Source of the DNA: Rhodosorus marinus CCMP1338
Lineage: Eukaryota > Plantae > Rhodophyta
Length of the DNA stretch: 64,000 nucleotides
Reading direction: 5' to 3'
Assembly: GCA_029953675.1 (NCBI GenBank)
Contig: JAMWBK010000006.1
Span: 62,001-126,000 of the forward strand
Shown here: piece by piece, positions 24,593 through 37,508 of the stretch
Layout of the letters: each line of letters begins with the position of its first letter
How positions within the stretch are numbered: position 1 is the stretch's first letter
Translations under genes and position numbers: made by a program
Notes under the pieces: generated by a model
The model's database searches: none
What the model was told of the DNA's origin: nothing
Seen by the model: the letters and a program-made list of their open reading frames with translations, nothing else

Positions 24593-26914
24593 CTAGTCGG
24601 ACCCTGCCTCCGAGCCAGATCCTGCTTCTTCGCGAGCACGCGTGTCTGCAGGGATTTCAGCCTCCTCATCATCCTGTTCGTTCTCCGCTTCTGCTGAATT
24701 GAGCGCAAGATCGGCGAGAGTCGCCTGAAACTCGTCCCATTGGTTTTCAGCTAGATCTATTCCCTCTTCCGAACTTCGCTCGGTGACTCGCACCGCTGTC
24801 GCATTTCGAGCAACCTCTGCTCCATTCCCTGGCCACAAGCTCGAAATGAAATATCTCAGAACGTCGGCCTGCGTGAAGTCCAAATCCACCGGCCCGACGG
24901 GCATGTTCGCAACATCGCGCGGCACTTGATCTGCTGCACCAGCGAAGTCAGACACACGCACTTCCTGGAATAGCCTTCTCGTCTCCAGCATCTTCAAAGC
25001 CTTCCTACGAGTCCCCGCAAAGTCTGCTCGCAAGAGGGGGAGGAGAGTTAGAAATACTATTGCTATTGTGCGGCGGGCAAGCAGCAACGCAAGCGCGCGA
25101 ATGTTCGGACAGTCTTGGACTATTGTGTAGGTCTGTATAAATGCCTTGGTACACCAATAATTTCCATAGACGCAGCTTGAGCCTCAAGCCAAAGCGAATT
25201 CGACACGATCGACTGAAACACGAACAGACCTATGCTCACCTTCAATCGTACCTGAAGAAGCCGCTTTCGTGGCTTCTTCTTTCAGCCAGCCCAAGTGTTC
25301 CATCGCCCAGGACTCCTTTGCCCGAATACCATAAACCATCGCGATTCGAACAAAAACCTTTTCCTTGAAGTGGCAATTATCGCCAAATTGCGGATAAGTT
25401 CCTGAGAAATTGGAAGTGTCCCCGCACATCTGAAGCAAAACTGAAACGGTCATTGGGAAGGTCGCGATCGCTCTCGAAAGAATATCCGACGCATTCCTGA
25501 GCCCCTTCCTTCGCGCGGCTAAAGCTGCCGAGTAGCTGAAATTAGGAAGCAGGTGCACAGGAACTTTACGATATGTCTCGTACATCTTCAAGATCCATTC
25601 ATCTTCTCGACAAAGCAAGGCAAGCGAATCTATCCTCAGCAATGCTCCAAACGGATCTGACGTCGAGTTTAGATTGATCAGGACTTTCGTTGTCTCAAAC
25701 GCCGTTCGTGGAAGCCTTGAGGACAAAAACGAAGCTTTTCAGCGAACGCACGATGCACGCAGGATCGATAGGTAGGTACATGCAGGAGCTCCTTGAGCTC
25801 AAGGCTCTTCTTACCCTCTCATGAGTTGGTGCTCGGAATACCAATAAAGAGCGACATACAAGGATACGTTCTTCGAGCACCTCTCCGCTAGCACGCAACT
25901 GTGGTCGAACGGCTTAAAAAACGGATGCCAGGCACGCTCAAGCAGAAGGAGAGCTTGCAGAACGCACTTCCCAGCCCTCTCCGGTTCTTGAGATGCCCTG
26001 TATATATCACCAAGTTGTAGCAAAGAATCAACGTGGTAAGGGTGATGGTTGACGAGTTGTACCAAGCCGTCGTAGTCTTGCGCTTCGGCGACCGCCATGT
26101 AGGTAGCTTGAATTGCAGCGTACTCGTTGGAATGCTCGTACTCAAATGCAGGTACCCCGGATGTTGAATCTAGCATCTTCATTGACAAGCCAGGTGCATG
26201 ATCGAAAGGATATCCCTCAAGCGGAGGAGAAAATATGCTTTTCCTAAACCGTGTGGCCGCCCTGTGAGTGTTTCTCTGACGAGTTCGGCTTTCTGAGTCA
26301 GCGCTAGGCATTCTCATGCGGAGGACACTACGAAGCTCACTCTCAGGGTGCAACTTCTTGACGTCGACGAACATCAACCGCTGTGGGTCACCAGCGACCA
26401 GGTCTGCAGATGGAGCCTCTTGCGGAGTGGCGAGCTTCATGGTTGAATTTCCCGGAACCGCTTTATCTGAAACATTTCTTGGGGGCTGCTTGACATCCTT
26501 TTTCTTCTTTCTTCTACTGCGCTTTACTGTGCGCTTGGCGGAGGCTTTCTTTAAAGTCTCTGAGTCATTCACAGTTCCTTCAGAAATTTGTGCCCGGCCT
26601 GAATCCACTCCAGGCGCATCATCGGAGCTCAAGGCTTGTTGTGCCGCCGTCTCATCCTCACCATCAATTTCTTCATGGTCACCTTCCGAAGGAAGCTGTT
26701 GAATGTCAGAGACTACTTGCTCAGCGATTCCACCATTTGCCTCATCCGAGCCGCTTTCCAGTTCTTCAGCTTCTATGGTCTCAAGCGCTGCAAACACGTT
26801 CAGGGTTGCGCCCGCATCGTATACTTCAGCTTCGTCCTCGGATTCTTTGCTTTGCTCAAGTACCGCAGACGCCAACCTCTCGTTTTCGAGTTTGCGAATC
26901 GCGCGACGACTCAT
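24593..26914 (-). CDS. TCF25: TCF25/Rqc1 ribosome quality-control factor (multi-exon)
   Basis: N-terminus MSRRAIRKL; FEYEHSNEYAAIQ, HPYHVDSLLQL, RG/LPRTAFE (intron at about 25716-25814) and HLLPNFSYSAALA. Confidence 0.9.
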
Positions 26915-28327
26915 TGCTCCTCAGACGCATCGACATTCACCGCTATTAGGGGCAAAAAAAAGCCAAAACGCGGCGGCGACGAAGCTCAGTGTAAAAACCT
27001 GGAACCTGGCAAGCTGTTCCACAACCCTCTTTAACGAGGTTTCATACTTTTTTCACAAGCTTGACCTTCTCATGTTCCCGTCATCTACAACTGCCGAGAC
27101 TTAGGCTACTCATCCATGCAACTTCAAACAAAAGCGGAGTTTGCACCTAATCCCTCTCTTGACTTTTTCGGAATAAGATTCTTTGACCAGGTGCAGTAGA
27201 TCTCTGATCCAGAAGTAGGTTCGCCTGCATGGACAGGTGATAAACTTTTCTTCCGAGCGGCTGCGTTCCAGGAAGTCATCGTTTGAAGCAGGGAAGAACC
27301 AAGGCAAAAGAATCTGCTCCTTTTTTCCCATTTCTTGGTTTATTCGACAACCGTTAAAACGCTCACAGGGGAGAGTTCGGTGGCGTGCGCCAGAGTGCTG
27401 GTGGCCCATGAGCATGGGACTGGCTGACTCGTCGTTTTCCTGGATACCTGGCAGCGCAAGGCTGGGGCCGCTCCAGGTAACGTAGGGAAAGCAGTCTTCT
27501 ATTCCAATAATTGCGGTCCAACATTTTTCACTGTTTCTGAGAGCGATCCATCCGTTGCCTCTCCTCGGGCTATTTTCGCCCTCTGCACGTTCTAGGTGTA
27601 AGCTTCAACTGGAGCTTGAGGGAGATTGGTTTGAAGACGAGTTCGGCAACGTATTATGAGAGACTGCTCCTCGAATCGAATTGGGGCTCTCACTAGCACG
27701 CTGAGCAAATGAAACGGGAAAATAAGGAACATAGTTTCACGCTCTGGGGGAGGGGTTGCTGGCCGGAAAGCTCTATGCGGTATTGGTACCATGATTATGT
27801 AGCTCAGGTGGAGTCGTATCCACCCACATTTCAAAATCTCGTTGGCGGGAATATTCTCAAAAAGTGTCCGCAGCCTCCGTGCTCTCGGAATTGGCCCAGC
27901 ACAAGGGTTGTTCCCGCAACAAGAAAGGAGACAAGCGTGTGCGCTTGCACACCAACTCTTTCCTCGCCATGGAGTGATAGCTATGCGCTTCATGCCGTTC
28001 TCGATAGTCCTTTCTGTAGTTAGCTTCAATGAGCACTTTGGTTTTAAATTAGAAATTTGGAGTTTAAAACACAACCCAATTCAAAAAGGGCGAAAGATTC
28101 TATTCATGTACTTAAAAAACTATTCTACAAAGGCATAAACCGATCACTTTTCTATCCCGGAAAGCGGGCGTCCCTCGAGCCCTCAGGCAAGATGTAGCCT
28201 GACTGGATCATTTCAAGCACGAGCTTCCTTGTAGAAAGGTTTTGCATCGGTAAGAAACGTACTGGCGCCTAGATACAAGCACACTGTTTCGCTCAGTCCA
28301 CTCGAGAAGTTAAGGTTGGTACATATA

Positions 28328-29068
28328 CTAGACGTTGAATGTGGAAAAGCGTATGAACATTAGCGTCATGGAAACTATGTTTTCAATTTGATAACCTCGT
28401 TTCCTAGCTTCCAGGTCCTCCATGGAGAAGGATTCTGTCAACAGGATATAAAGCCCGTTCCTCAGCAACCGTATTGTCTCAGCGAGCACAAAACATTCCA
28501 AGGCAGACTCTGCGACGACAACGCCGTTGTTTTTTGCCCCGGATGAGATGGCTGCACTCACAAACTTGTTCGCAATGTTGAACGCCAAAACGGATCCATA
28601 GTCTTCTGGCTTCCTCGCCTCGAAGAGGATTACACCATAGCGTTTGAAAAATCTCCTCGCCCTTCTTCGAGCAACAGCGGGACTGCTCGCTGATCTGAAA
28701 CCCGCGATTTTCCTACTCCTTACCAAGATTTCGTTGTGTGGACCATTCCCCATGGAAGGGCTACCTACAAATAGTACCTTATTGCACATCGTATTCACCA
28801 AAGCTCCTGGACACAGATAAAAGGCGACTTTAACGGCGCCCTTTCCACAGCGTAGATCGCGAAACTCATCAACACACATATATACTCTTCTGCCGCAGGA
28901 CAACTGCGCATGTAAACACTCGCTTGTTGTGAGTCTCCACTTTCGAAAGCGAATTCTCCGCTCCGAGGCCTGCTGCCCTAAGGCGCTGGTCGCACCTAAA
29001 ACGGGAGCTTCTGGTTTCCATCCAAGTCCCGACCGACAACAATCGACCTCTTCGTCCATTAATCGCAC
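28328..29068 (-). CDS. Hypothetical protein (probably has a 5' exon near 29130-29230)
   Basis: 246-codon ORF with protein-like composition and no overlapping known gene; no family recognised. Confidence 0.4.
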   Translation of the reverse strand: MRLMDEEVDCCRSGLGWKPEAPVLGATSALGQQASERRIRFRKWRLTTSECLHAQLSCGRRVYMCVDEFRDLRCGKGAVKVAFYLCPGALVNTMCNKVLFVGSPSMGNGPHNEILVRSRKIAGFRSASSPAVARRRARRFFKRYGVILFEARKPEDYGSVLAFNIANKFVSAAISSGAKNNGVVVAESALECFVLAETIRLLRNGLYILLTESFSMEDLEARKRGYQIENIVSMTLMFIRFSTFNV

Positions 29069-32000
29069 CCCTGTTCCTGTTGTCTTGGGACATGTTATGC
29101 GTAATTTCGTGTTGGGCTACAGGCTGACATGTCACTGCCAGATCGAACACAAAACAACGGAGGGCAAGGCGGCGACCCAAAACACTCTAAATTCGAAGGA
29201 ACCAACCATTTTGCGAAGAATCAAACATGGTAAAGCGTTCACCAGGCGTCGGCCCACCCCTGAGATATTTTTGTTCCCAGCACATGCTGCCGAAACGTTC
29301 TCCTGTTCTCCGACAGAACAGTGAACGGGGTTGAAGATTGCAGATTGGAGTAATGAACCAGACAAAGTTCAGTCAACGGAATTCAACTTCAATTCTTTTG
29401 CTATAAAAAGAACGAAGCATATCTAAAAATTCAGTGATTCATTGGTTCGAACGACGCGGATCAAGTTTAGCCAATCAGTTCTGACACGGAAGGAAATGTG
29501 TGGACATTGGTATTTGATTCTAGGATGAAATTGTGCACGCTAAATCCTCTGTTCTCCTGACTGGCCAAAAATTTAACGAGCCATCTCAATTAGAATTGTT
29601 TTTTTTCCGACGTTGGCGAACGAACCGCCGCTTAATGCGTAGTGCCATTTGTGTCAGAGATGACTCAAGACGAAACTTATTCTACGCTTAGAAAGCAGTC
29701 TTCCAAATGCTTCACAGAGCATGAATTCTGGCCATCATGGAATCATAACCAGAATTTTTCATCCACGTAAATTGGAATGCCACTTGCCGTCTACGACTGC
29801 TCTCATGGAAAGTGACCTTCTCATCCTTATCCTTCCGTCGATTCGAAATTTCTTTCTTCGTCAAGAGCGTTGTGTCTACTCGGCATGAGTGTATCAAGGC
29901 CAGCACTTGATCTGGTTTCCAGCATTCCCGACTGAGCTTCAACGGCCATGCATGCACTCGTGCCAAGCTAAAATTCCGATCGACATGTACACACAAAAGT
30001 GAAAAACTAGGATTTGGATGCTCACAATTTACAATCCAAAGGAAGAAAATCCAAGGGGGTCTATACGTCGTATCTAAAAAGTATGCGTGAGACAGTCGAG
30101 CCCTGAACACACTACACAGCATTCAAGCTGAAGAACTCCAGGACTACCGCAGCTATGGCCTGTATAGTGCACCCCTCGCGCTTGATCAAAACGAATTCTA
30201 CCTGACGAGAAATCCCTTATTTCTAGTGAAGGATTTCATCGACAGCACTCACCGTGGAGCCAAGTGCACCGGTTTGACATACGTGTTCAAGTAGGGAGCC
30301 CCCGTGAACACACCGTCAGCTACTTTTTGGGGGAACTCCGTTTCGTCCCCTGGCCAACAACATGTAAACAATTCAAAGCCTGTCACCAGTTTACAAAGTT
30401 TTTGAATCATTGCTCGAGAACGATATGGCCTCAGTCCGCGGGAACCCGAGGGGTCCGAATAGAAAACGCCCGGTCCACAACCCCCACCTCTCGAAACTCA
30501 AACTGCGTCTATCTTTCACTTTTTGGGTGCCTTTCAGATACCATTCCGCCACGTTCGTTCATCAAGACCATCCCCACCTGGGAACACACCTGTTTTCATC
30601 AACCCCTTCACGGTTCTAGTCATAACAGTCGTCCGCGCTGCGTATTTGCCCTTCGAATCCTTGCCCGCAACACACAGAGTTTTGTACTATCGAGATGTAC
30701 CGTAGATCGGTTTGGCAGTTGAAATGTATACCCAAACAACCCTCACATCCACATGGAGTGAGCGATGTAGTCTTTTTCCTTGTTGGCCGGCACCTCTGCT
30801 CTCGAGCCCAACACTACACTGCGGAGTGGGATAGCCTCGGTCACGCTACTGCTTTCGACAGGGTCAGAGCTTTCCAAACCGAAGCGCCACGGATGACCGC
30901 TTCCACACGGAAGGGGGAGCTTGTAGGAATCGGAACAGAGGTCATGGCTAAGGGAGTAAGAGGGACCTGCTCTCATCACCCGAAACGGTGTCTGGACGGA
31001 ACGGCAGGGCTGTTTCGATCGCTATCCAAACGTCAGGCAATGCTCCCGCGGAACCGGTCTATCCCTGTGATTGACTGGAGCTGAACATCCCAAGATGTAG
31101 TCCGTAGGAGGACTGTGCCATTTGTGACATGCCTCGAGTACATTAAGATCCTCTGGCCAGGCCTTCATGTCGACCATGAGGATCCAGACAGTCAGATCTG
31201 TTGAGGCAACGAGATAAGTACCGTTGCTACGGCGCTGGAGCTACACGACAGGTCTGCTGTTTCCCATTGGCGTAGTCCAGGTCACGAATTGGAATTTCGC
31301 TAGTCCTGGTGCATCAGAGCGGAGGCAGCGTGCTTAATCTGGTCCCTCTGGCGCATGTTCCCCCATGTTTTCCGACAGTCTCCAGATGGCTCTCTTTAAT
31401 GAGAGGTTTCACTCCTTGAGTATGTCGACGTTTACTTCACGAAAGTCTGGTGTTACGTTAGTCTGGGGTTAACCTGATTGTCAAACTTACGCAGTACGCA
31501 ATCCCTCCGTACTCGCTCTTTACCGGCGGGAGCTCTTATCCACCGACCGAACTACTACCCTTATTCAGATGATGATGACGAGCTGGCACGCTATGGTGCA
31601 ACTTCACGAAAACTTGCATGTGGTACCCCTCAAACGCATTTTACGCAAAAAAAATGTGAGGCGAACTGGAGATCTTCGATCGAATTCACAGACAATCTTA
31701 AAAATGGGAGGTTCTTTTTTAGGTTATGGTTTACTAGGTTGAACATATATTCGAATTACTTCCGAATTTATATTATTTTAGATAGAAACATGTCTAAATC
31801 AGCGACTGACTTCGAGAACAGCCTCCCGGCCAGCGTGGCGCTTGGAATTGATCGATTCCAGCCGTTCCCTAGCTGAATATTGGTTTATTTTGAACCGTTG
31901 AGGGGGGGGGGGGAAGCCAAACTATCAGTAAAATTGATTCTGTGCAGGTCCTGGCGACAGATTATCATGGTTAGCAAAAGAAATATATGTGTACATGCGA

Positions 32001-32608
32001 CTAGTTTCCCCCGCTAGTTCCCTAGTAACACCCGGGGTACAGCAAAGAAGGGGAGGGGCCGTATTGGGTCAACATGCTCAATTTTATTCATAAAATTTGA
32101 AAATGGCGCATATTGATTACGGTCGAAAGCTGGTTGTACCCTATTCTCCAAAGGTCCGTGTACGTCAGCGAGAGATACATTCCATGAACCATCTCAGGTG
32201 GGATGTGCTACTGAGAGATTAGGCTTTTGCCAAATCCACACCCACACCCCCATACACCCCCCAAATGACGGAATGATTCACAGGACGGGTTTTGATTGAG
32301 CTCTGTGACTACCAACATACAGTCCAGTGGAGCGTTACGTTTGTTCACATAGCTCCGTCAGCTATATGCCACAACTCGCGGCTCTCCTACGAAAACGCAC
32401 ATCTTTCTATTGGGACGAGGGGGGAGCCACGATGCTCTGAATTTGGTAAAATTTGTGTAATTTAACTTCAGTTAGTTTCATATGTTAGTCAATATAGATA
32501 AGGAACGTCATGCGCCGCCTATGCCCATCAGAACCCGGCCTTGCATGAACGTGATCGATGCCAGCTCCGCCCATCCTCAACTCCGTTTCCCCGAAAGTCA
32601 AACACAAC

Positions 32609-32875
32609 TCAGTCTTGTCGAGATAACTTCACAAGCCTACTAGAAGCACCTGAATCCTTGCTCTTCGTCCTGAACGTTAGCTTTCTCACAATGCCCCTGA
32701 CTCTCCCTGCCGAGCACGACTTCCCTCCCAGCGGATACGCTTCCAACGAATATTCATCCATGATATCAGTATCTTCAGATTCGTCGCTCCAAACGTCGAA
32801 GGAATACCCAAAGGTGTCTAATGCCGCACTGTTCTTCGAACAGTTCTTGGAACACGATGGTAGAGACACGCTCAT
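32609..32875 (-). CDS. Small hypothetical protein (88 aa) with acidic core
   Basis: ATG-started ORF MSVSLPSCSK...WSDESEDTDIMDEY...; TATA-like ATAAAAG about 110 bp upstream. Confidence 0.3.
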   Translation of the reverse strand: MSVSLPSCSKNCSKNSAALDTFGYSFDVWSDESEDTDIMDEYSLEAYPLGGKSCSAGRVRGIVRKLTFRTKSKDSGASSRLVKLSRQD

Positions 32876-34499
32876 TCTTACAGCCCCTCCTTCAACGACT
32901 GACACCTCCTCACTGGGCCAATGCCGCCTTCTAGACTCTCACACCTAACATTACCCACTCTAGCTAGCTGCTTGCTCATGTTCACCTTTTATCCCTTCCC
33001 ACCTCTTGTGTTCCCCGCTCCGTGCTTTTCCATCATTTCGAATTGTAGAAATATGTAGCAGGTGACCTGCTTAACAATGCTTTATTCCCGGATACACGTT
33101 CACGCAATGGGACAAGCCAACACTTTTGAGTCCAGACGCTACGATCTTACCTACCCCTTGCTAAAACATGTTTAGTTGTTTGCAACCATGCCTTTTTGAT
33201 AACTTTATGAGATTATTGTTCTTCTCTCTGGTTCCCTCATATACCCGTGGTGTAATAGTATAAGCACCAATGCATCCTCTGAAGACTTCTAAGCCCTATG
33301 TTCACCAAAAGTGATTGGTAGCGCCAGCATCCCAATTCTGAAGAATTCTCCAGAAAATGGCGAGGAACAAATCTGGGCAACCGGATTTCTAGGACGATAG
33401 GGCAAGAAACTGGCATGGCGCCGCGCTCCCAAAAAGCAAGCTCAACGCGGGGACAAAAACAGAACAAACCAAGGATGGAAACTTTCGCCATCCGACAATT
33501 AAAAAAAGCGTCGGCGTTTTTTCTCAAAAAATGATGAAAATTGCATTGACTCTAAATGAATCTCAAGCAATTCTTCTTTAACCGTCTGCATTAATTAAAA
33601 TATGAAGCTTTATGGCCAATTACTGAGTAGAAAACTTGTAGAGCGCCTCCTGAAAAACAGTCTAAAACTGGAACTATTTAATTTACAGTGTTCCACGTTA
33701 CCATATGAGGGGTTGGTTCATCATCGATACAAGAAACAGGAAACACTTCATTTTCTTTTCGAATATTTACATTTCGACCGTCCCGTCCCGTGGATAGCAG
33801 GTTGAATCCATGGGGTACGATTCAAAAAGGGTTGCAGGAATAATACAAAAAACTAAAACATCCAAATCATGATTTTCTGCAAACAAGATATGTCTATTTA
33901 AAAACATTCGTCAAACAAAAAGAAAGGTCTGGAAAATATACCTCAATGCTATTCAACCACACACAAACATTCGGCGTTGGGAATTGCCAAACAACTCCGA
34001 TAAAAAAATAGAATCTGCGTTTCTTTTGTCCGGTACAGTTCTTGAGTTGCCTTTGGAACCCAGAGCCAGTCAACTGAAAAATTTGTTCTTTTTAGACATA
34101 TGGGCCCTTGGTTCTTGATGCTCATGTTCATTCACTTACACTGGGGCCTGAGCATTGAAAATAGGTGTTGACCAACTACTTTGTCGAATCGAGTCAGGAG
34201 GCCAACCTTTGGGGGGGTAGGACAAACGCCAGGCACCGAATCTTTGTCGCCATACCTCCCCCCTTAAAAAGCATCACATGCCGACAATCAACAAAACCAG
34301 ATGGAATAGCATGTTTTTATAGATTCAATTCAGCTTCCTGTTGCCATGGTTAAGGTTTGAATTCGAAATTCCCGCAACGTGTCCAAGCATTGGAATCACA
34401 TCTTCTTCGATTGTTCCATTCAAAAACGAGAGCAAGATTTCCACCCTACTTGTCAAGGTCATTCAGGGCTACGTCGTGGGTACCCTAGGCAGGCTGATC

Positions 34500-34839
34500 C
34501 CTACTACGCGTTCTCCGGTTTGAAAGATCTTTCCGAGAAGAGGACACGAACAACAGCTTGATAATGATTGATTCTTCGATAAATGACTGAATTGTAGAGA
34601 TATTGTTGTTGTGCTGTTGTGCTGAAATGTATTATGCCAGTTATCCCGTTTATAAGGTTCGCACGTTCGAAACTTTCCACAGTGTGATGCGGGCTGCAAT
34701 TGAAATGTACAGAGCTGGATATTTAATTCCCATGCGGCACACAATACAATGGGAGATTGGCCTCCCACGTATTAAACCTGAAACTGCGGATGGTAAGCTG
34801 AGTCTGCCGGCCATGTATCGATTCCTGAGAGGTGATTAA
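34500..34839 (+). pseudogene. Possible Tc1/mariner (IS630-like) transposase C-terminal remnant
   Basis: SIND*IVEI...YYASYPVYKVRTFETFHSVMRAAIEMYRAGYLIPMRH resembles the C-terminal .I.EL...V..A+..Y...L...F.TLQ.VM...I......Y.IPH pattern; no DDE core recognised. Confidence 0.25.
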
Positions 34840-37508
34840 CGCACGGAGGCGGAAGGAGCAGCTGCTAAATGTTTCTATCTGCTATTCGAAGACTTTAGAT
34901 GATTGGTTGCGAAGCAGTGCAATGTTCCCTTTATAAGCTGCGCTATTCGCCGTAAACCGACTCTGTCATCGTCTTCCGCCTCCAACAGGCGACTCAAAAG
35001 CATACTAGTCCTGAATTTTTTTTGGATGTTTCCCTCGTTTCGATTTTGGTTACCAGAGGATCCCTTGAGGAACGAGATGGCATCAGGTTCACACGATAGT
35101 CCTGAAAACTGGACAAAAATATCCTATGCGGCAGCGCTCTCCCAGAGCCCGTGACCTAGAACTTGTCTGGTACCTCGCCGATGTGTTTTCTTTGGAAGCC
35201 GACCGCTCTATGCGCGGCATTGATGGTGGGGCGATTAGGGAATGCTCGCCAGCTACTTCAGAATGGGCAAAAGTTTTTGACCACTTCGCCTATGCAATGT
35301 TCCGCTAAGTCCCCCTAGATTGCTACTGTCCGTCCATTCTCGAGCTCGGTAATTTTTGTTGCTTTCTCCTGTTGTGGTCTTTCAAATGCTTTCGGCCCGG
35401 TTGTGCCCATCTTCACCAAATCTGCTCCCTGTAATGTGGCATTTGCCATCCCGATACTTGCAACGACTATTGGTCCCCAAATTTGCCACCGCAGAGTTTC
35501 AATGAGGAAATTTTAGAGTGGTAGGACTAGTTTTCCTTTGATGAGCTCGCAGACCATCTGACATCCACAGGAATGCTAAAAAATTTACTTTTTCCTTAAT
35601 TCTTCGGCTCCAATGCAATGTGGATGCCTTGGCCCAGTTGCAAATTAATGGGTCGAGCGTGGCACAGAGCGGGAAGTCGATGTGGCTTACGATTGTTTCT
35701 GCACGGCACACACCTACCTCTACGGCCATTTTTTGGATTCGATGTTGATTGTGCATACTTCCTGGCCTCAGCTACAAATATAGCGCCACCATTGGTAAAG
35801 GACCTCGCTAGTGCAGAGAAATGTGGGGAAAGGAGGCTTCTATTCCTTTGCGTATCTAAGCTTTAATATCTCTCATTGTCGCTGAGAGGGATCTATCCTA
35901 GATATGTAGACCACAGCTTATGAACTCAATATCAATGTCCTGTCAAAAAGGGGCACGGGGCAGTTAGAGGATAAAACATTTGGCTTTGCAGAATTGTAAG
36001 CTAGTATGCGCTAATCTTGGTGCAGATCTTCAAAGAGCATTCCCCAGAGCGGAGCATATATATATTAGATTGGAAAACTTTTCCTTCCCCGGGTTACAAT
36101 GCACTTTTGAAGAACTGAGTAGTTGAATAAAATGCGGCGATCTGTGCAAAAGGTACCACCTTATTTCCGTTCAGAGCGCATGACTTGGTCTCAAAGTATC
36201 GAATCCTGCATTCGCGCCATTCGCTCCATCAGCACCCTCCCCTTGCGGTCGATCGCGAAAACAGGTGATCCCTAGCAATTCACATTCAGCACGAGAAAGC
36301 TGAACGAGAAACGTCTAAGCGTCTCTAATCGCGACTGAAACTCATGATTCTATTTAACCCCGTACGCACAACCACAAAAGCGCTAATTTTGGGGCACCTA
36401 CGGGACGGATTTCATACTGTCCCTCTCCATGGTCTTTCTTGAGCGTGCTTCCCCGCCGTTCACCCTCAGGCTCTGGTGTCACCTCAAATTTGGTAACCAG
36501 TTGCGCACCAACTCTATCCTTGCGACGGTCATCAACGAAGGGGTTAGAAACTGCCATCAGCGCCGGACCTCTAAGAGGACATTTTCAGTCCAGGCGGAGA
36601 ACTCGATTTTTGCACTTTTGGACTTTTGGGGTAAAAGATGTAGCTCTCGCCGACCCTATTTGTACATTGATCGACAGTAGAGGAAATTCCTGCTTCGGCG
36701 CGCTCTTCGCGCTCTCGTGGCTCCATTCAGCATCATGCTGTTTCCTTGAGAGATTTATAAAGGGGAATCGACCTCTCCAGAATTGTCTTTTCCCTGATGA
36801 TATCGCTGAACATGAGACCAACCCCCGGGGTTTCAACTGTCCGGACATATAGGTTCGGTTTCACTGCAACACTCGGCATGGTGAAAACGGGTATCCTGTA
36901 TGATCATACTTTGCTACGGGTACGCAACCGCGGGGATCGCAGGTTTTCATTCGTTTAGGACAACGGAAACCATGTCCATACTGAATCTGGGGACAATGTC
37001 TCTTTCATCTGGAGTACATTTCAAAACGGGGTGTCGCAGAGGGAGCGGAAGGGACCAATTCCTCCTTGAAAGGATTTTCACCGCGCTTAGCCTCCCGTCT
37101 CAAAAAGTTGCATGCTTTACTGCCGTGTAAGGTGTGGCAGCTGTTCCAGGATTGCTGCAGACCAAAGCAGAACGATTCTCGGGCCAATACGGCAATGACG
37201 ATCTTTTACGACATTAGTCATTGATAGAAGCCCATTCCTGTAACCATAGGAGCAGACTCTTTCAAGGTGGAGAAGACAGTCAAGTACTAGCACCGGCTAA
37301 ATCGTCTATCCCCCGCAAGTCGTACCGCGTGTTGGAAATGCCATGTTTTGCGAATGTCCAGTTGCCACGATTGAACTACAAAATTCCCGTGGTCGGTGGT
37401 GGGAACGGAGAAGCTGGCGAGCAGGCCTTACGAAAACGTGCTGTAGGATTCCTGGGCGAGGATATTTGCAACTAGAACAAGTGAGTAGCGAAAAGTGTTT
37501 TCTTATCT

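Noticed and set aside
27110-28138. Cluster of 80-160 codon ORFs on both strands
   Set aside because: Could not assemble a frame-consistent gene model or recognise a family.
4777-29450. GGTTCGA hits (about 4777, 12061, 29444) as tRNA T-arms
   Set aside because: No flanking T-stem, D-arm or acceptor stem.
34900-35870. hAT-like PATS and ATLDP words
   Set aside because: On opposite strands and only 4-5 residues long; chance level.
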